Positions 26,357 to 39,952 of a stretch of DNA of 64,000 nt are shown piece by piece (within the stretch, counting starts at the first letter, position 1; the number at the start of each line of letters is the position of its first letter). The notes under the pieces were generated by a model. That model was not told the DNA's origin. It worked only from the letters and a program-made list of their open reading frames with translations, and ran no database searches. The translations under genes were made by a program, and so were the position numbers. Origin of the DNA: the human T2T-CHM13v2.0 reference genome, Homo sapiens; the NCBI RefSeq assembly GCF_009914755.1, contig NC_060947.1; one strand, 5' to 3'.

Positions 26357-29200
26357 CACTTTCTTTCAATTAGTGCTACCATTGTTTTCATATTCAAAGC
26401 AGTTTTCCTGTAGAGAACATACTTGGGTTTTCTTTTATTACAAACTCTGATAATCTCTGGCTTTTAATTGGTGCATTTAGAACACTGATGTTCCAAATTA
26501 TAATTGGTATAGGTGTATTAATGTCTACATTATCTGTTACTATTTTCTATTTCTTTACCTTTGATCTTTTAATTTTTCTATTATACTTTTTATGCCTTCT
26601 GTGGTTTTCATTGAGCATTTTATATGATTTCATTTTTTCTCCTTTCTCAGCATATTAGTCACACTTTTTTTACACTTTTTAAAGTGGTTGCCCTAGTATT
26701 TGCAAAAATACATTTACAACTACTCTAAGTTCACTTTTAAATAACACTATACTACTCATGGGTAGTATGGGTTCCTTATAATAACAAAAATAACCTGATT
26801 CCTCCATTCCATTTTTTGTATAATTGTTGTTATTCATTTCACTTATACGTAAGTATACATGCATATGTACATCATATATATGTAAAAACAAATACATAAT
26901 GACATATATTGTTCCTCTTATTATTTTAAATAAACTATCTGTTAGATCAGTTAAGAATAAGAAATATATTGGACTCAGGCAGACCCTAAAAATAAGAAAA
27001 ATAAGTTTTTATTTTACCCTCATTTATCCTTTATCTGGTGCCCTTTTATTCTTTTCATTTCTGACATTTATTTTTCTCTATAAAGAATTTTTAACATTTC
27101 TTGCAAAACAGGTCTACTGGCAGGAAACCTCCTTAATGCTTGTTCTTTTGGGTTAGTCTTTGTTTCTCCTTCACTTTTGAAAGATGATTTTGCTAGATAC
27201 AGAATTATAGGTTAGTAGTTCTTTTCTCTCAACACTTTAAATATGTAACTGCATTCTCCTCTTACTTGCATGATTTCTGAGGACAAGTGTGATGTAATTT
27301 TTATCTTTAGTGTAAGGAAGGTTTTTTCCCATCTAACTCTTTTCAGGAATTTTTCTTTATCTCTGATTTTTGTGGTTTGAGTATAGCATGCCTAGGTTTG
27401 AATTCTTTTTGTTTTCTTTTTCTTTTTTTTACTATATCCTACTTGGTATTTTCTCAGCTTCCAGGATCTGTGGTTTAGTGTTTGACATTAATTTGCAGAA
27501 AATTCTCAGTCTTCATTGTTTCAAATATTACTTCTGTTTCTTCCTCTACTTCTAATACAGCCATTACACAAACGTTATACCTCTTGTAGTTATCCCACAG
27601 TTCTTGAATATTTTGTTCTGTTTTGGTTTTTCTTTTTTTCTTTTTTTCTCTTATGTTTTTGAAGTTTCTATTGAGATAGGCTCAAATATTCTTGGCTTAG
27701 CTGTGTGCAATTCCCTAGTAAGCACATTGAGGCATTCTTCATTTGTTTTAGTTTTTTAAATCTCTAACATTACTTTTTGCTTCTTTCTTATAATTTCATT
27801 TCTAATTATAATGTCCTTCTATTCTTGCATGCTGTCTACTTTACCCATTAGAGCCTTTAGCATACTGGTCATAATATATTTAAATTTCTTACCTGACCAT
27901 TCCAACATCCTTGCCATAACTGAATCTAATTCTGACACTTGATGTGTCTCTTCAAACTGTATTTTTTTCTTTTAGTATGATTTGTAATTATTTTCTTTTT
28001 TTATTATACTTTAAGTTCTTGGGTACATGTATGTGAAGAACATGCAGGTTTGTTATATAGGTATACACGTGCCATGGTGGTTTGCTGCACCCATCATCCC
28101 GTCATCTACATTAGGTATTTCTCCTAATGCTATCCCTCCCCTAGACCCCCACCCCCTGAAAGGCCCCATTGTATGATGTTCCCCTCCCTGTGTCCACATG
28201 TTCTAATTGTTGAACTCCCACTTATGAGTGAGAACATACGGTGTTTGGTTTTTCATTCCTGTGTTAGTTTGCTGAGAATCATGTTTTCCAGCTTCATCCA
28301 TGTCCCTGAAAAGGACATGAACTCATCCTTTTTATGGCTGCATAGTACTCCATGGTGTATAAGTGCCAGATTTTCTTTATCCAGTCTATCATTGATGGGC
28401 TTTTGGGTTGGTTCCAAGTTCTTTTCTTGATATCCAGTCATGATGTCCTGGGTAAAAAGAACTGCTCTAAATAGGTCTTTAGCAATATGGTAATATAGTG
28501 TGTATAGGGGTGAGAAATAGTTCTACAGTTTTACGATTAGGTCTCAGATTTTTAGTGAGCTTGTACCTCTGGATTGTGAACATTGCAAGTGCTTCTCAGT
28601 ATACTGCTACCACACTTATGATGACTATTGTGGTCTACATTAAACATTTTTTCTTTTCCAACATGGAAGAGAGGGCTGGAGTTGCATCTTTTCCTTTCCC
28701 CAGGTTTGTTAGACTCTGATAAAACCCCAGCAGGTTAGTTTCTCCTGAGGAAAGAGCTTTTTAATAAAAAGAAAATTCACGTATGTATTTCAAAATGGTT
28801 CCTTTCTTCCTGGAACCATGAGGATAATTTTCTTTGATATTCACTGTGAGGTCTGGTATAATAAATCCAGGAAGTAAAACTCACAAAAATGTGGGAGCTT
28901 CCTGATGACTGGGCTTACCTGGAGTTTTTATCTCAAACACTAGTCCACATTGAGCCCAAACAATTCATCATTTACAGTTTAAGTTTTCTTACCCTGGCAC
29001 TTGTTTCCACAGACGTTCCTGCTTTGATTTCTTTTATGTATTTTTCTGTCTGTCTCTCCAGTTTGGGGAGCAGTGGTTTTCCCTGTGACCTCACTTCTTA
29101 TGGATCTACAAAGAGTTGTTGAGTTTTCTGATTTTTCAGTTTACTTGTTCTTAGGGCCTAATGATGACCTCCAAGCATCTTAAAACACTGGACTGTAAAC
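26357..29200 (-). mobile_element. Very old L1MC/L1MD-type host element (inter-ORF, ORF1 and 5' region); earlier pieces at about 11320-11440, 15300-15387 and 15947-16167
   Basis: Diverged antisense L1 ORF1 text (ctccttcacttttgaaagatgattttgctagatacagaatt) collinear with the upstream pieces. Confidence 0.65.
27998..28418 (-). mobile_element. L1PA (about PA7-8) 3' end
   Basis: ttattatactttaagttc..gggtacatgt 3' terminus; ttttctt on both flanks. Confidence 0.85.
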
Positions 29201-29589
29201 CTGTCTTTAACTCTCCTTTAAAATATTAATTTATACAATTAATACTTACAGATAAAGCTGAAATTTTTTGGATAAATGCACCCACTACTAATTTCTGTCC
29301 ACTGCCTCCTCCCTCGTCCTTTTAGATATTTTCCCATGTGCTCTTCACACATTTCTATGTATATGTAGAAAATATAGACTATATACAGGGAATTTAAAAA
29401 TAAATGTTATTATACTGGATATTTTTCTGCAATGTCTTCTTCATTCTACAATATATGTTGGAGATATTTATACTAAGATCTATCTCATTAAATCTACATA
29501 TTAGGGATCTATACTTTACTGAACCTTATTTTTAACTGCCATTTATAATTCATAGTTCATATAATAGACTATTTAGCCAATTCACTATA

Positions 29590-29825
29590 TAGTATCACAG
29601 TGGTTAAGAACACTAGCTCTGTCATCGGATTATCAGACTCTAATCTTGGGAACTTGGAACAAATTACTTAATATTCCTGTGACTCATTTTTATAAATAAA
29701 ATGCAAATAATAATACTTTCTTCATATGATTGATGTGGAGGGTAAATATAGTAGAACATGTAAAGCCTTTAGAATAATACCTGCCACATTTGAATCATGC
29801 AGTAAGTGTCAAATATTAGTATTTA
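29590..29825 (+). mobile_element. MIR within L1ME remnants
   Basis: cagtggttaagaacactagctctg...taaaatg..aataataatac...atgtaaagcc.ttagaat. Confidence 0.7.
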
Positions 29826-30335
29826 TAAGCATCTGCTTTGTTCTAGTTTTTCACTCCTACAAACAATGCTCCAATAAGCATTCAGTGTAGTATTCTTTGA
29901 CCATGTATATAAGTGGTTTCCAGAGATAAAACCAAGTAGAAAAATTACTGAGTCACAAATAGTGCCTATATTTCACCTTGTTTAATTTGTATCTCCTTGA
30001 GTACTAAAGAGATTGAGCATTGTTTCATGGTTTTATTTACCAGATATATTTCCTCTTACATTTTTGTGACTTGTATTTTCTTATTCTTTATTCATTTTTC
30101 TTACATATATGTAGAAAATTTTTTAAAATGTGGATGTCTCATCAGTTATATACATTATAAATGTCTTCCTCCAGTCAACATGTTGTTGAGAAATATGGTT
30201 TTTAAAAAACTTTGATATAGGGAAATATATAATTATTACATTTTTCCTAGTTGATTTTTACTTTTTTTTGCTTAAGGAATTTGTCCTATATTCTAAGGTT
30301 GTATCATATTTTTCAAAATTTATTTTTCTTGCATT

Positions 30336-30497
30336 ATTTTTACTTTTATGGACACAGGGTCTTACTCTGTCTCCCAGGCTGGAGTTCAGTGGCACAATCA
30401 CGGCTTACTGCAGCCTTGATCTCCTAGGCTCAAGCTCTCCTCCTGCCTTGGCCTCCAATTAAGCTGGAATTACAGGTGTGAGTCACTGAGCCTGGCT
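30336..30497 (-). mobile_element. Alu monomer (FRAM/AluJ-type)
   Basis: Single arm cagggtcttactctgt...gctcaagc...tacaggtgtgag. Confidence 0.75.
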
Positions 30498-30695
30498 ATA
30501 CTTACTTTTTTTTACATTATGTTACCAATGCCCCTGCAAGAATGCTTTGCTAAGGGTGTAAGCTTAGAATCTTAGAATCAAACTTTACGTTTCAGATAGA
30601 GTACTCAGAGTTTGTCTTTATAGTGGCCAAAATCAACCTTAGACTAAATGATGCTCTGTTCCCAAGCCCCCAAAAAAGTGTAAAAATTACAGTAG

Positions 30696-33600
30696 AGATA
30701 GGGAGGAAGATGGCATATAAGAGACAGGGCTAATGTGCAGCTCTTACTTGGATGGACAGAACAACATGTGGAGACTCACACCATGAACTTTTGCTTCAAG
30801 AACTACTTCAGGAATGTAACAGGAAAACCAAAAGAATTCACAGATTCTTTGAGAGAAGTGGCATGCCACTGCAAATTTCATGAGACAGGCAAAAAACTAA
30901 TTTGGGGGGCAAACAAGAACTGCTGTATATACAAACACAGAAGCTGCCACTGACAGTGTGGGCAGAGAGGGAGGAGCAAGGCCTGATAATTGTGCTTGCT
31001 TTCCCAGTGGAGAAGTGTACAGCCTGGGGTAACTTCTGAGCAGGGCACTGTGGGAGCAAGACCGGCCTCACCAGCTGTGTGGGAGCTGAGTGAAGCCTCT
31101 TGCTACAGGCTATACCCCACTTTTCTGATGAAATATATGGCACAGTAGAGACAGCCATAATCCCCTCTGAAATATAACCCCATTGGCCCAAGAACCACAC
31201 CCCATCCCCCACAGTGGCTGCCACTAGCCCTGCACAAGGAGAGTGTGAGCCCAGACCCACCTAAACCTGCCCCCACGTGACGATATTTCTCTACCCACCC
31301 TAGTATCCAAACACAAAAGACAGAAACTCTTGGGAGCTTTATGGCCCTGCCCATCACCTGCTTAGAACCCCCTACTACTACTGCAGCTGGTGCTCTCTTG
31401 AAAACACCACTTCCTGCCAACCAACTCAGGCCATTACAGCAACTCATGACAAAATGACCCAGCTACAAGGAAGGATAAAACAACAACTAATTTCACCGCC
31501 TGCAACATTTAGGCTAACCAGAGGTCCTGACTCTGTCCAAGTGACAACTTCACTGCTTGCATAACCAGCATTTGAGAAAGCCAGCACACTAAGCATATCT
31601 ACAACCAAAGACTCTCACAGAGCCTACTTCATCCCACTGCCACCTCCACCAGAATAGATGCTGGTATCCACAGCTGGGAGACTTTAAGTGAATCACATCA
31701 CAGGACTCTTTGCAGACATTCCCCAGCAGCAGCCCAGAGCCTGGTAGCCCAGCTGGGTGGCTGGAGCCAGAAGAGCAATAACTATCACTGCAGTTCAGCT
31801 CTCAGGAAGCCCCATCCCTAAGGGAAAGAGGAGAGCACCACATCAAGGGATCACCCTGTGGGACAAAAGAATCTGAACAGCAGGCCTTGAGTTCCAGATT
31901 TTCCACTGAAATAGTCTACTCAAGTAAAAAGGAACCAGAAAAGTAATTCTGGTAATATGACAAAACAGGGTTATACAACAACTACAGAAGATCACATTAG
32001 CTCCCCAGCAATGAATCAAAACCAAGAAGAAATTTCTGAATTGTCAGATAAAGAATTCAGAAAGTTGATTATTAAGCCACTCCAGGAGATACCAGAGAAA
32101 GGTGAAAACCAACTTGAATGAATTTAAAAAACAATACAGGATATGGATGAAAAATTATCCAGAGAAACAGATATCACAACGCAGAAACAATCATAATTTT
32201 TGGAAATGAAAAATACGCTTAGAGAAACACAAAATGCACTAGAAAGTGTCAGCAATAGACTAAAACAAGTAGAAGAAAAAACTTCAAGGCTCGAAGACAA
32301 GGTTTTTGAATTAACCCAATCAGACAAAGACAAATTTAAAAAATTGAGTAAATGAACAAAAGCCACCAAGAAATTTGAAATTATGTTAAATGGCCAAACC
32401 TAAAAATAATTGGTATTCCCAAGAATAAAGAGAAATCTAAAAGTTTGGAAAACTTATTTGAGGAAACAACTGGAAAGCTTCCCCAGCCTTGCTAGAGATC
32501 TAGACATTCAAATACAAGAAGCTTAAGAAAACAACTGGGAAATTCATCAAAAAAAGATTATCATGTAGGCACATAGGAATCAGGTTGTCTAAAGTCAAGA
32601 CACAGGAAAAAAATCTTAAGAGCTATGGGACAAAAGCATCAGTTAATCTATAAAGAAAAACCTATTTCTAAGCAGAAACCTTACAAGGCAGAATGTATTG
32701 GGGTCCCATCTTTAGCCTCCTGAAACAAAATAATTGTCAGCCACAAATTTTTTTTTATCCAGCAAAACTAAGCTTCATAAATGAAGGAGAGTTAAAAATT
32801 CCTTTTCAGACAAACAAATACTGAGATAATTCACCACTACCAAGCCAACACTACAAGAAGTAGTAAGAGGAGTTCCAAATTTTGGAAGAAAACCTCAAAA
32901 TACACCAAAATAGAACCTCCTTAAAGCATAAACATCACAAGGCCTATAAAACAATAACACAATGGGGAAAAAGATTTTAAGGAAGCAACTAGCATGATTA
33001 ATTGAACAGTACCTCAAATCTCAATACTAACATTAAACGTAAATGATCTAAATGCTCCACTTAGAAGATGCAGAATGGCAGAATGGATAAAAATCCACCA
33101 ACCAAGTATCTTCTGCTTTCAAGAGACTCACCTGACACATGAGGATTCATATAAACTTAAGGTAAAGGGTGGAAAAAATATTCCACGCAAATGGAAACCA
33201 AAGCAAGCAAGAGTAGCTAGTCTTATACCAGTCAAAACAGACTTCAGAGCAACAGCAGTTAAAAAAAAAAGAAAGACAAAGTGGGTCATTATATAATTTT
33301 AAAAGGATTAGTCCAACAGGAAAATGTCACAATCCTAAATATATATTAACCTAACACTGGAGCTCACAAATTTATAAAACCATCACTACTACACCTAAGA
33401 ACTGAGCTAGATGGCAACATAAAAATAGTGCAGAACTTCAATACTCCACTGGCAGCACTAGACAGGTCTTCAAGACAGAAAGTCGACAAAGAAAAAATGG
33501 ACTTAAACTATACCTTGTAACAAATGTACTTAACAGATATTTACAGACCCCAACAACAACACAATATACATTCTTTTGCTTGACACATGGAACATTCTCC

Positions 33601-36600
33601 AAGATAGGAGACCATGTGACCATGTGATAGGTCACAAAACAAGTCCCAATAAATTTAATAGGATTGGAAGTATATCAAGTATCCTCTCAGACCACAGTGA
33701 AATAAAAGTAGAATTTAACCCCAAAAGGAGCCCTCAAAACTATACAAATACGGGGAATTTAAATAATCTGCTCTTGAATGATCTTTGCGACAATAACGAA
33801 ATCAAGATGGAAATTAAAAAAAGATTTGAACTGAATGATAATAGTGACACAATCTATGAAAATCTCTGGGATATAGCAAAAGATGTGCTAAGAGGAAAAT
33901 TCATAGCATTAAATGCCTACATTAAAAAGTCTGAAAGAGCAGCTGGGCGTGGTGTCTCACGCCTGTAATTCCAGCACTTTGGGAGGCCAAGGCGGGCAGA
34001 TCACAAGGTCAGGAGATCAAGACCATCCTTGCTAACATGGTGAAACCCCATCTCTACTAAAAATATAAAAAAAATTAGCAAGGCATGGTGGCGGGCACCT
34101 GTTGTCCCAGCTACTCAGGAGGCTGAGGCAGGAGAATGGAGTGAATCTGGGAGGCAGAGCTTGCAGTGAGCCAAGATAGCACCACTGCACTCCAGCCTGG
34201 GCAACAGAGTGAGAATCAGTTAAAAAAAAAAAAAAAGTCTGAAAGAGCACAAATAGACAATCTAAGCTCACACCTCAAGGAACTAGAGAAACACAAATAA
34301 ACCATACCCAAATCAAGCAGAAGAAAAGGAATAACATAAATCAGAGCAGAACTAAATGAAATTGAAACAAAAAATAATGCAAAAAAGAAAGGAAAAACTG
34401 GTGTTTTGAAAAGATAAACAAAAGTGATAGACCATTAGATTAACCAAGAAAAGAGAGAAGATCCAAATAAGCTCAACTAGAAAAAAAATGGGAGATATTA
34501 TAACTGATATGACAGAAGTACAAAAGATCATTCAAGGTTACTGTGAGCACCTTTACATGCACAAACTAGAAAATCTGGAGGAGATGGATAAATTCCTGGA
34601 AATATACAGTCTTCCTAGATTAAATCAGGAAGAAATAGAAACTCTGAATAGACCAACGAAAAGTAGTGAGATTGAAACTGTAATTTTAAAATTGCCAACA
34701 AGAACAACAAAAGTCCAGGACCAGATGAAATCACAGCTGAATTCTATCAGATTTTCAAAGGAAAATTGATACTAATGTTACTGAAACTATTTCAAAGGTA
34801 GAGAAAGAGAGAATCTCCCATAAATCATTGTATGAAGCCAGTATCACTCCAATACCAAAAATCAGGAAAGGACATAAGAGAAAAAGAAAACTACAGAACA
34901 ATATCCCTGATGAACATAGATGCAAAAATCCTCAACAAAATACTAGCTAACTGAATCCAACAGCATATCAAAAAGATAATCCAGAATGATTAAGTGGGTT
35001 TCATACCAGTGATTCAGGGATGCTTTACCACATGCAAGTCAATAAATGTGATACATCATATAAACAGCGTTAAAAACAAACATAGTATGATCATATAAAT
35101 AGTTGCATAAAAAACAGTTGACAAAATACAGCATCCCCTTATGATTAAAACCCTCAGGAATATTGGCATAGAAAAGATATATCTCAAGATAATAAAGCCA
35201 TCTATGACAAACACACAGGCAGCATTATACTGAACAGGGAAGATTTGAAAGCATTCTTCCTCAGAATGGAACAAGACAAGGATGCCCACTTCCACCACTT
35301 TTATTCAATATAGTACTGGAAGTCTTAGTCAGAGCAAGAGAAAGAAATAAAGGGCATTCAAATAGGTAAAGAGGAAGTCAACGTGTCGCTGTCCACTAAT
35401 GATACGACCATATACTTAGAAAACCCTAAAGACTCATCCAAAAAGCTCCTAGATCTGATTAATGAATTCAGTAAAGTTTTCGGATACAAAATCAATGTAC
35501 ACAAATCAGTAGCACTGATATACACCAACAGCGACCAAGCTGAGAATCAAATCAAGAACACAATCCCTTTTACAACAGCTGCAAAAATATAAAATACTTA
35601 ACCAATGAGGTGAAATATCTCTACAAGAAAAACTGCAAAACACTCCTGCAAGAAATTATCAATGCCACAAACAAATGGAAACACATTACATGCTCATGGA
35701 TGGGTAGAATGAATATTGTGGAAATTACCATATGGCCAAAAGCAATCTACAGATTCAATGCAATTCACATCTAAGTACCATCATCATTCTTCACAGATCT
35801 TGAAATAAACAATTCTAAAATTTATATGGAGCCAAAAAAAGACCCTGCATAGACAAATCAAGACTAAGCAAAAAGAACAAATCTGGGGGCATCAAATTAT
35901 CCTACTTCAAACCATAACACAAGGCTATAGTCAACAAAACAGCATGGTACTGGTATAAAAATAGGAAAGTAGGCCAATAGAACAGAATAGAGAACCCAGA
36001 AATAAAGCCAAATACTGTCAACTGATATTTCACAAAGTATACAAAAACATACAGTGGGGAAAGGACCCCTGTTCAACAAAAGGTGCTGGGGATAATTGGC
36101 AAGCCACATGTAGAAGAATGAAACTGGATTCTCACCTCTCACCTTATAGAAAAATCAACTCAAGATGGAACAAAGACATGAAACTATAAAAATTCTGTAA
36201 GATAACATCAGAAAAACTTTTAGACATTGGCTTAGGCAGAGAGTTTATGACCAACAGCCCTAAAGCAAATGCAACAAAAGTAAAAATAAATAGATGGGAC
36301 TGAATTAAACTAAAAAACTTCTGCACAGCAGAAGGAATAATCAGCAGGGTTAACAGGTAACCCACAGAATGAGAGAAAATATTTGCAAATTATGCATCCA
36401 ACAAAGGACTAATATCCAGAATCTAAAAGGAGCTCAAACAAATGTACAGGGAAAAAATAAATAAATAATTAAAATTGGGTAAAGAACATGAATAGACAAT
36501 TCTGTAAAGAAGATATACAAATGGCCAACAAACATATGAAAAATGCTCAACATCAATAATTATCAGGGAGATGCAAATTAAAACCACAGTGAGATGTCAT

Positions 36601-37308
36601 CTTATTTCTGCAAGAATGGCCATAATTAAAAAATGAAAAAAATAATGGATGTTGTTATGGATGTTGTGAAAAGGGAACACATTTACACTGCTGCTTGGAA
36701 TATAAACTAGTACAACCTCTATGGGAAACAGTATAGAGATTCCTTAAAAAACTAAAAGTAGAACTACCCTTGGATTCAGCAATCCCACTAATGGGTATAT
36801 GCCCAGAGGAAAAGAAGTCATTATATGAAAAAGACACTTGCACTCGCATGTTTATAGCAGCACAATTCGCAATTGCAAAAATATGGAACCAGCCTAATGC
36901 CCATCAACCAACAAACGGATAAAGATAATTTGGTATATATATGGAATACTACTCTGCCATAAAAAGGAACAAAATAGTGGCATTTGCAGCAATCTGGATG
37001 GAGTTGGAGACCATTATTCTAAGTGAAATAACTCAGGAATAGAAAACCAAATATCATATGTTCTCACTTATAAGTGGGAGCTAAGCAATGAGGACACAAA
37101 GGCATAAGAATGATATAATGGACTTTGAGGACTCAGGGGAAAGGGTGGGAGTAGGGTGAAGGATAAAAGACTATACACTGGGTATCGTGTACACTACTTG
37201 GGTGAAAGGTGCACTAAAATCTCAGAAATCACCACTAAAGAACTTATCCATGTAACCAAAAACCACCTGTTGCCCGAAAACTATTGAAATACAATACAAT
37301 TTTAAAAA
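30696..37308 (+). mobile_element. Full-length inactive L1PB2/3-like element
   Basis: 5' end gggaggaagatggc, ORF1 remnants, EN peptides (33075-33296, 33576-33968), RT remnants, L1PB 3' end; TSD-like taaaaattacagtag (30681-30695) / taaaaattaaagttg (37309-37323). Confidence 0.9.
33942..34231 (+). mobile_element. AluY inside L1PB ORF2
   Basis: Perfect TSD aaaaagtctgaaagagca at 33924-33941 and 34232-34249. Confidence 0.93.
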
Positions 37309-37489
37309 TAAAAATTAAAGTTGGAAAACAATAAAACAACAACAACAACAAAGGAATCTAACCTTACTTTCCAAATGTACAGAAAATTTTTCCAAAAATA
37401 TTCATTAATTAGCTCATCATTCCCCGACATCACATGCTTCTTTTGTGTTATGCTTATATTAGTTACTAATGCCATATTATAATGTAGAC

Positions 37490-37552
37490 ATGCATACACA
37501 TGCATAAATATATCTATATGTGTATATATATATGTGTGTATGTATATGTAAG

Positions 37553-37585
<33 letters not shown>
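37490..37585. repeat. Compound (TA)n/(TG)n microsatellite
   Basis: Alternating purine-pyrimidine runs. Confidence 0.9.
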
Positions 37586-37586
<1 letters not shown>

Positions 37587-38319
37587 AAATCTGGACTCTC
37601 TATTCCTTTCCAAGTCCCAAACATTTTGTTTTAATTACAAAACTTCAGCAATAAATATTTATAGAACAAGACAAATTTCTTTGTAATCTTATTTCAAAAT
37701 TATTTTGGCTATTTATAAATACCATTCTATGCAGATTTTAAAATTAATTTGACATGTTTCATAAAACATCCTACTCGGTTATTATATTGGTTTTAATAGT
37801 TTGGCAGTCAATTCTTCTGGATTTTCTGCATAGAAAAAGATTTCAATTAGTACTTCATTGAATAGTAGCATTAATCCCCCTCTTGTTCTTGATTTTAATG
37901 GCTACGATCCTAAAATCTCATCAGAGATACTTTCAGACTATCATTACTCATCTCATAAAAACTCTTTTTCTTTGGGTGCTCATTGACTCTGAATTTACTC
38001 TCCAGTCTTTGTTGTCAAAATTTACTTACCTAGTCACTCCTACTCCTCCATCATTTATTGAAAAACTTGACACCTGCTTCATTTAGTTTTCTATCTCAGG
38101 TACTTTCGTTATTCTCAGTTACATCAATATTCATGCGAGCAACACATCCAATGCACTGGCCTCTTGGTTCTTGATTTTCTCATCACCATCACCTTTACTT
38201 CCTCTCCACTTCAGTCATCTACTCTCATGATCACATTTTCAACCTTACCGTCCTGGACTTTGAGATATCAAATAAATTATCCTGAACTTTCGAATATAAA
38301 AGTCAAATTTTGTTAATAA

Positions 38320-38690
<371 letters not shown>

Positions 38691-38691
38691 T

Positions 38692-38972
38692 CTTTTTTTT
38701 TTTTTTAGGTGGAGTCTTGCTCTGCCGCCCAATGCAGTGGTGCGATCTGCAACCTCCGCCTCCCGGGTTCAAGCGATTCTCCTGTCTTAGCCTCCCGCGT
38801 AGCTGGGATTACAGGCGCCCACCACCATTCCCGGCTAATTGTTCTATTTTTAGTAGAGGCAGCATTTCACCGTGTTGCCCAGGCTGGTCTCGAACTCCTG
38901 ACCTCAGGTGATCTGCCCGTCTTGGCCTCCCAAAGTGCGGGGATTACAGGCATAAGCCACCGTACCTGGCCA
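38692..38972 (-). mobile_element. AluSx-type with small right-arm deletions
   Basis: ggctggtctcgaactcctgacctcaggtgatc; aggatt flanks the two-Alu block on both sides. Confidence 0.88.
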
Positions 38973-39146
38973 GGATTATCTTTTTAGTTGTGCTTTTTTA
39001 TTCTTTTTCCTACCACTTCCTCAAAAACCTAGCTCCACTAATGTCCTCATGTCTCTTGTATCTTAAACCTGTGCCTCTCTAATGGTCCCTTTCTGCCAAT
39101 TTATTTAAACATATTCAAGTTTTCTCTTATACTCTTCCAAGTGGGT

Positions 39147-39525
39147 TGCTATGATATGAATGCTCCCCCAAAATTCATGTGTTGAAATGTAATTAGAAAT
39201 GCAATAGTATTAAGAGGTGGGGCCTTTAGGGGTTGATTACATAGTGCTGGCAGAGCCCTCATGAATGGGATTAGCGAATTTATGAAAGAGCTTGAGTAGT
39301 GTCTGTGCTCCTTCCATTCCTTCTGCCATGTAAGAACACAGCATTCTTCCCCTCCAGATGATGCAGCAACAAGACTCCTTCTTGGAAGTGAAAATCTGGC
39401 CTTAACCCAACCTGCCGACACCTTGGACTTGGACTTTCCAGCCTCCCAAACTGTAATATAAACATAAATTTCTGTTTTCTTCTGAATTATCCAGGCTGGT
39501 AATTTTACAGAAGCACAAATGGACA
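39147..39525 (+). mobile_element. MaLR solo LTR (MSTD/MLT1A-like)
   Basis: tgctatg...caaaattcatgtgttgaaa...gagccctcatgaatgggattag; TSD-like tgggt / tggat. Confidence 0.8.
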
Positions 39526-39562
39526 TGGATTAAATAAGATGTAACACTTTTGGTTTATATAT

Positions 39563-39947
39563 TCTATTAGTCCATTTTTGCACTGCTATAAAGAAATACC
39601 TGAGACTGAGTAATTTATAAAGGAAAGAGGTTTAATTGACTCCCAGTTTTGCATGGGTAGAGAAGCCTCAGGAAACTTACAATCACGGCAGAAGGCAAAG
39701 GGAAAGCAGGCAACTTCTTCACAATGCAGCAGGACAGAGAAGTGCGAGCAGGGGAAATGCCAGATGCTTATAATACCATCAGATCTCCTGAGAACTCACT
39801 CGCTATCATGGGAACAGCATGGGAGAAACTGCTGCAATAATTAAGTCACTTCCCCACAGTCCCTGGGGATTACAGGTCCTTCCCTTGACACGTGGGGATT
39901 ACAATTTGAGATGAGATTTGGGTGGGACACAAATCCAAACCATATCA
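39563..39947 (-). mobile_element. MaLR solo LTR (THE1D/MSTA-like)
   Basis: tattagtcc...ctgctataaagaaatacctgagactg...ccaaaccatatca; 5-bp TSD tatat. Confidence 0.88.
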
Positions 39948-39952
39948 TATAT

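Noticed and set aside
30696-37308. Full-length L1 as a potentially active element
   Set aside because: ORF1 and ORF2 are broken by many stops and frameshifts and by an AluY
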